This document shows, piece after piece, positions 62,704 through 64,000 of a stretch of DNA of 64,000 nucleotides; within the stretch, counting starts at the first letter, position 1; the number at the start of each line of letters is the position of its first letter. A program made the position numbers and the translations under genes. The notes beneath the pieces are model-generated. The model was not told where the DNA came from. It made no database searches and saw nothing but the letters and a program-made list of their open reading frames with translations. Origin of the DNA: Tubiluchus corallicola (lineage: Eukaryota > Animalia > Priapulida); contig JAQGDQ010000099.1 of assembly GCA_030141605.1 (NCBI GenBank), forward strand, positions 568,982 through 632,981. Reading direction: 5' to 3'.

Positions 62704-63059
62704 CTGATAAAACAACACTCTAATTTTAGCTTGACTGTATCACAAATATACAGTTCTGACCACATATCACATGTCAAAACAACACTAATTTTAGCTTGAC
62801 TACATCATGTGTCATACGTGTACAACATTTTATATTTAAACACGTGGAGGTGTTTTCACGTTTCCACTGAGTAATCCGTAATGCATGATGCGTGATACGA
62901 ATACGTGATGGCTGTTGTCTGAATACGCATCATGCATTACGGATCACACATAATGCACACATGGAGTCGTAGCCTATCACAAATGTACAGTTCTGCCAGG
63001 ATACCACCTGTTAAAACAACACTAATTTTAACTTGAGTATATCACAAATGTACAATTCT
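62671..63059 (-). repeat. Tandem ~65-bp duplications of a HERC1 splice-acceptor/exon-start segment
   Basis: Unit 62671-62737 is repeated at 62738-62802 and 62975-63039, and partially at 63040-63059. Confidence 0.8.
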
Positions 63060-63674
63060 AGCTATGGAGCTAAGTTAAGTTTCAAAATTTGCGACCATAA
63101 AGCATGGTGTTTACTATGTAGCAGCCATAAGCATATATTACTCAGGCACTACGAAGTTTAACTTTCATACAATTTTTCCCACAACATCCGCACAAAAGAA
63201 TTAGATTTTCATACAGCTGAACAGATTAAGTTGGACCAAGAAGACAAGTGGAAGACTAAACATTATTGATTTTGTTGTTAATTTTACTGCTTTATGTTGC
63301 ACATTTTTAGCTACAAATGAAGACCTTCATCAAGGGTTGCGGATTGCTTGTCGAAATGTTTGCTTGGCCACATAGTTAAACAGTGCGAAGCACGGTTAGT
63401 AAATGGATGTGAGACCGCCAGAAACAACTGATTACAAGTACTCGCTAATCTTCTCAATGATGGAAGACGTATGATTGTTTGAATGTTTCTAAAAATCTAC
63501 TGTTGATTCAATGTCCATCGTCTAAGATTAGCCTTGATAGCAAATTAAGTATACTGGTTCTACCATAACCAACAACAATGACTAGCGACTAACTAAAAAA
63601 GCTACTAAATGTGTTTTGCTTGAAACAGTCTTGATCATTATTTCAACAATAGCATTATAATGCAAAGTAATAAT

Positions 63675-64000
63675 CTAATTGCACCCTTTTAAATGCCAAG
63701 TACAAAACTCATTGCATCCTATTAAATGCAAAGTACAAAACTAATTGCATCCTATTAAATGCAAAGTACTAAACTAATTGCACCCTATTAAATGCAAAGT
63801 ACAAAACTAACTGCAACCTATTAAATGCAAAGTACAAAACTAATTGCATCCTATTAAATGCAAAGTACAAAACTAATTGCATCCTATTAAATGCAAAGTA
63901 CAAAACTAATTGCACCCTATTAAATGCAAAGTACAAAACTAATTGCATCCTATTAAATGCAAAGTACAAAACTAATTGCACCCTATTAAATGCAAAGTAC
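63675..64000. repeat. 33-bp minisatellite (about 10 copies, runs off the window end)
   Basis: Unit CTAATTGCAYCCTATTAAATGCAAAGTACAAAA; produces the 11-aa periodic spurious ORF. Confidence 0.95.

Noticed and set aside
63675-64000. 33-bp repeats / periodic ORF 63769-63981
   Set aside because: No spacers; the ORF is a by-product of a 3n-length minisatellite.

Overview
AT-rich, intron-rich eukaryotic (invertebrate-animal-like; the species cannot be determined) genomic DNA, not prokaryotic. Four protein-coding genes were reconstructed by hand from splice signals and reading-frame phase. (1) IPMK (- strand, 313 aa; an ATG-only first exon plus one long exon). (2) ATF6 (+ strand, 14 exons, 627 aa), head-to-head with IPMK with only 181 bp between the start codons. 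(3) A COG3618/L-fuconolactonase-like amidohydrolase (- strand, 8 exons, 285 aa, one probable GC-AG intron). (4) The last 17 exons of HERC1 (- strand, RCC1-like repeats plus HECT). Introns hold many MITEs (TA-, TTAA- and 8-bp-TSD types), SINE/LINE remnants and tandem repeats. Most notable observations: an inverted pair of Penelope-type minimal hammerhead-ribozyme motifs in the last HERC1 intron; a decayed duplicate of the ATF6 bZIP basic-region exon split by a TTAA element; and an orphan CRE-cluster/TATA promoter-like site with a candidate 30-aa micro-ORF. All calls are by eye; no database searches were run.
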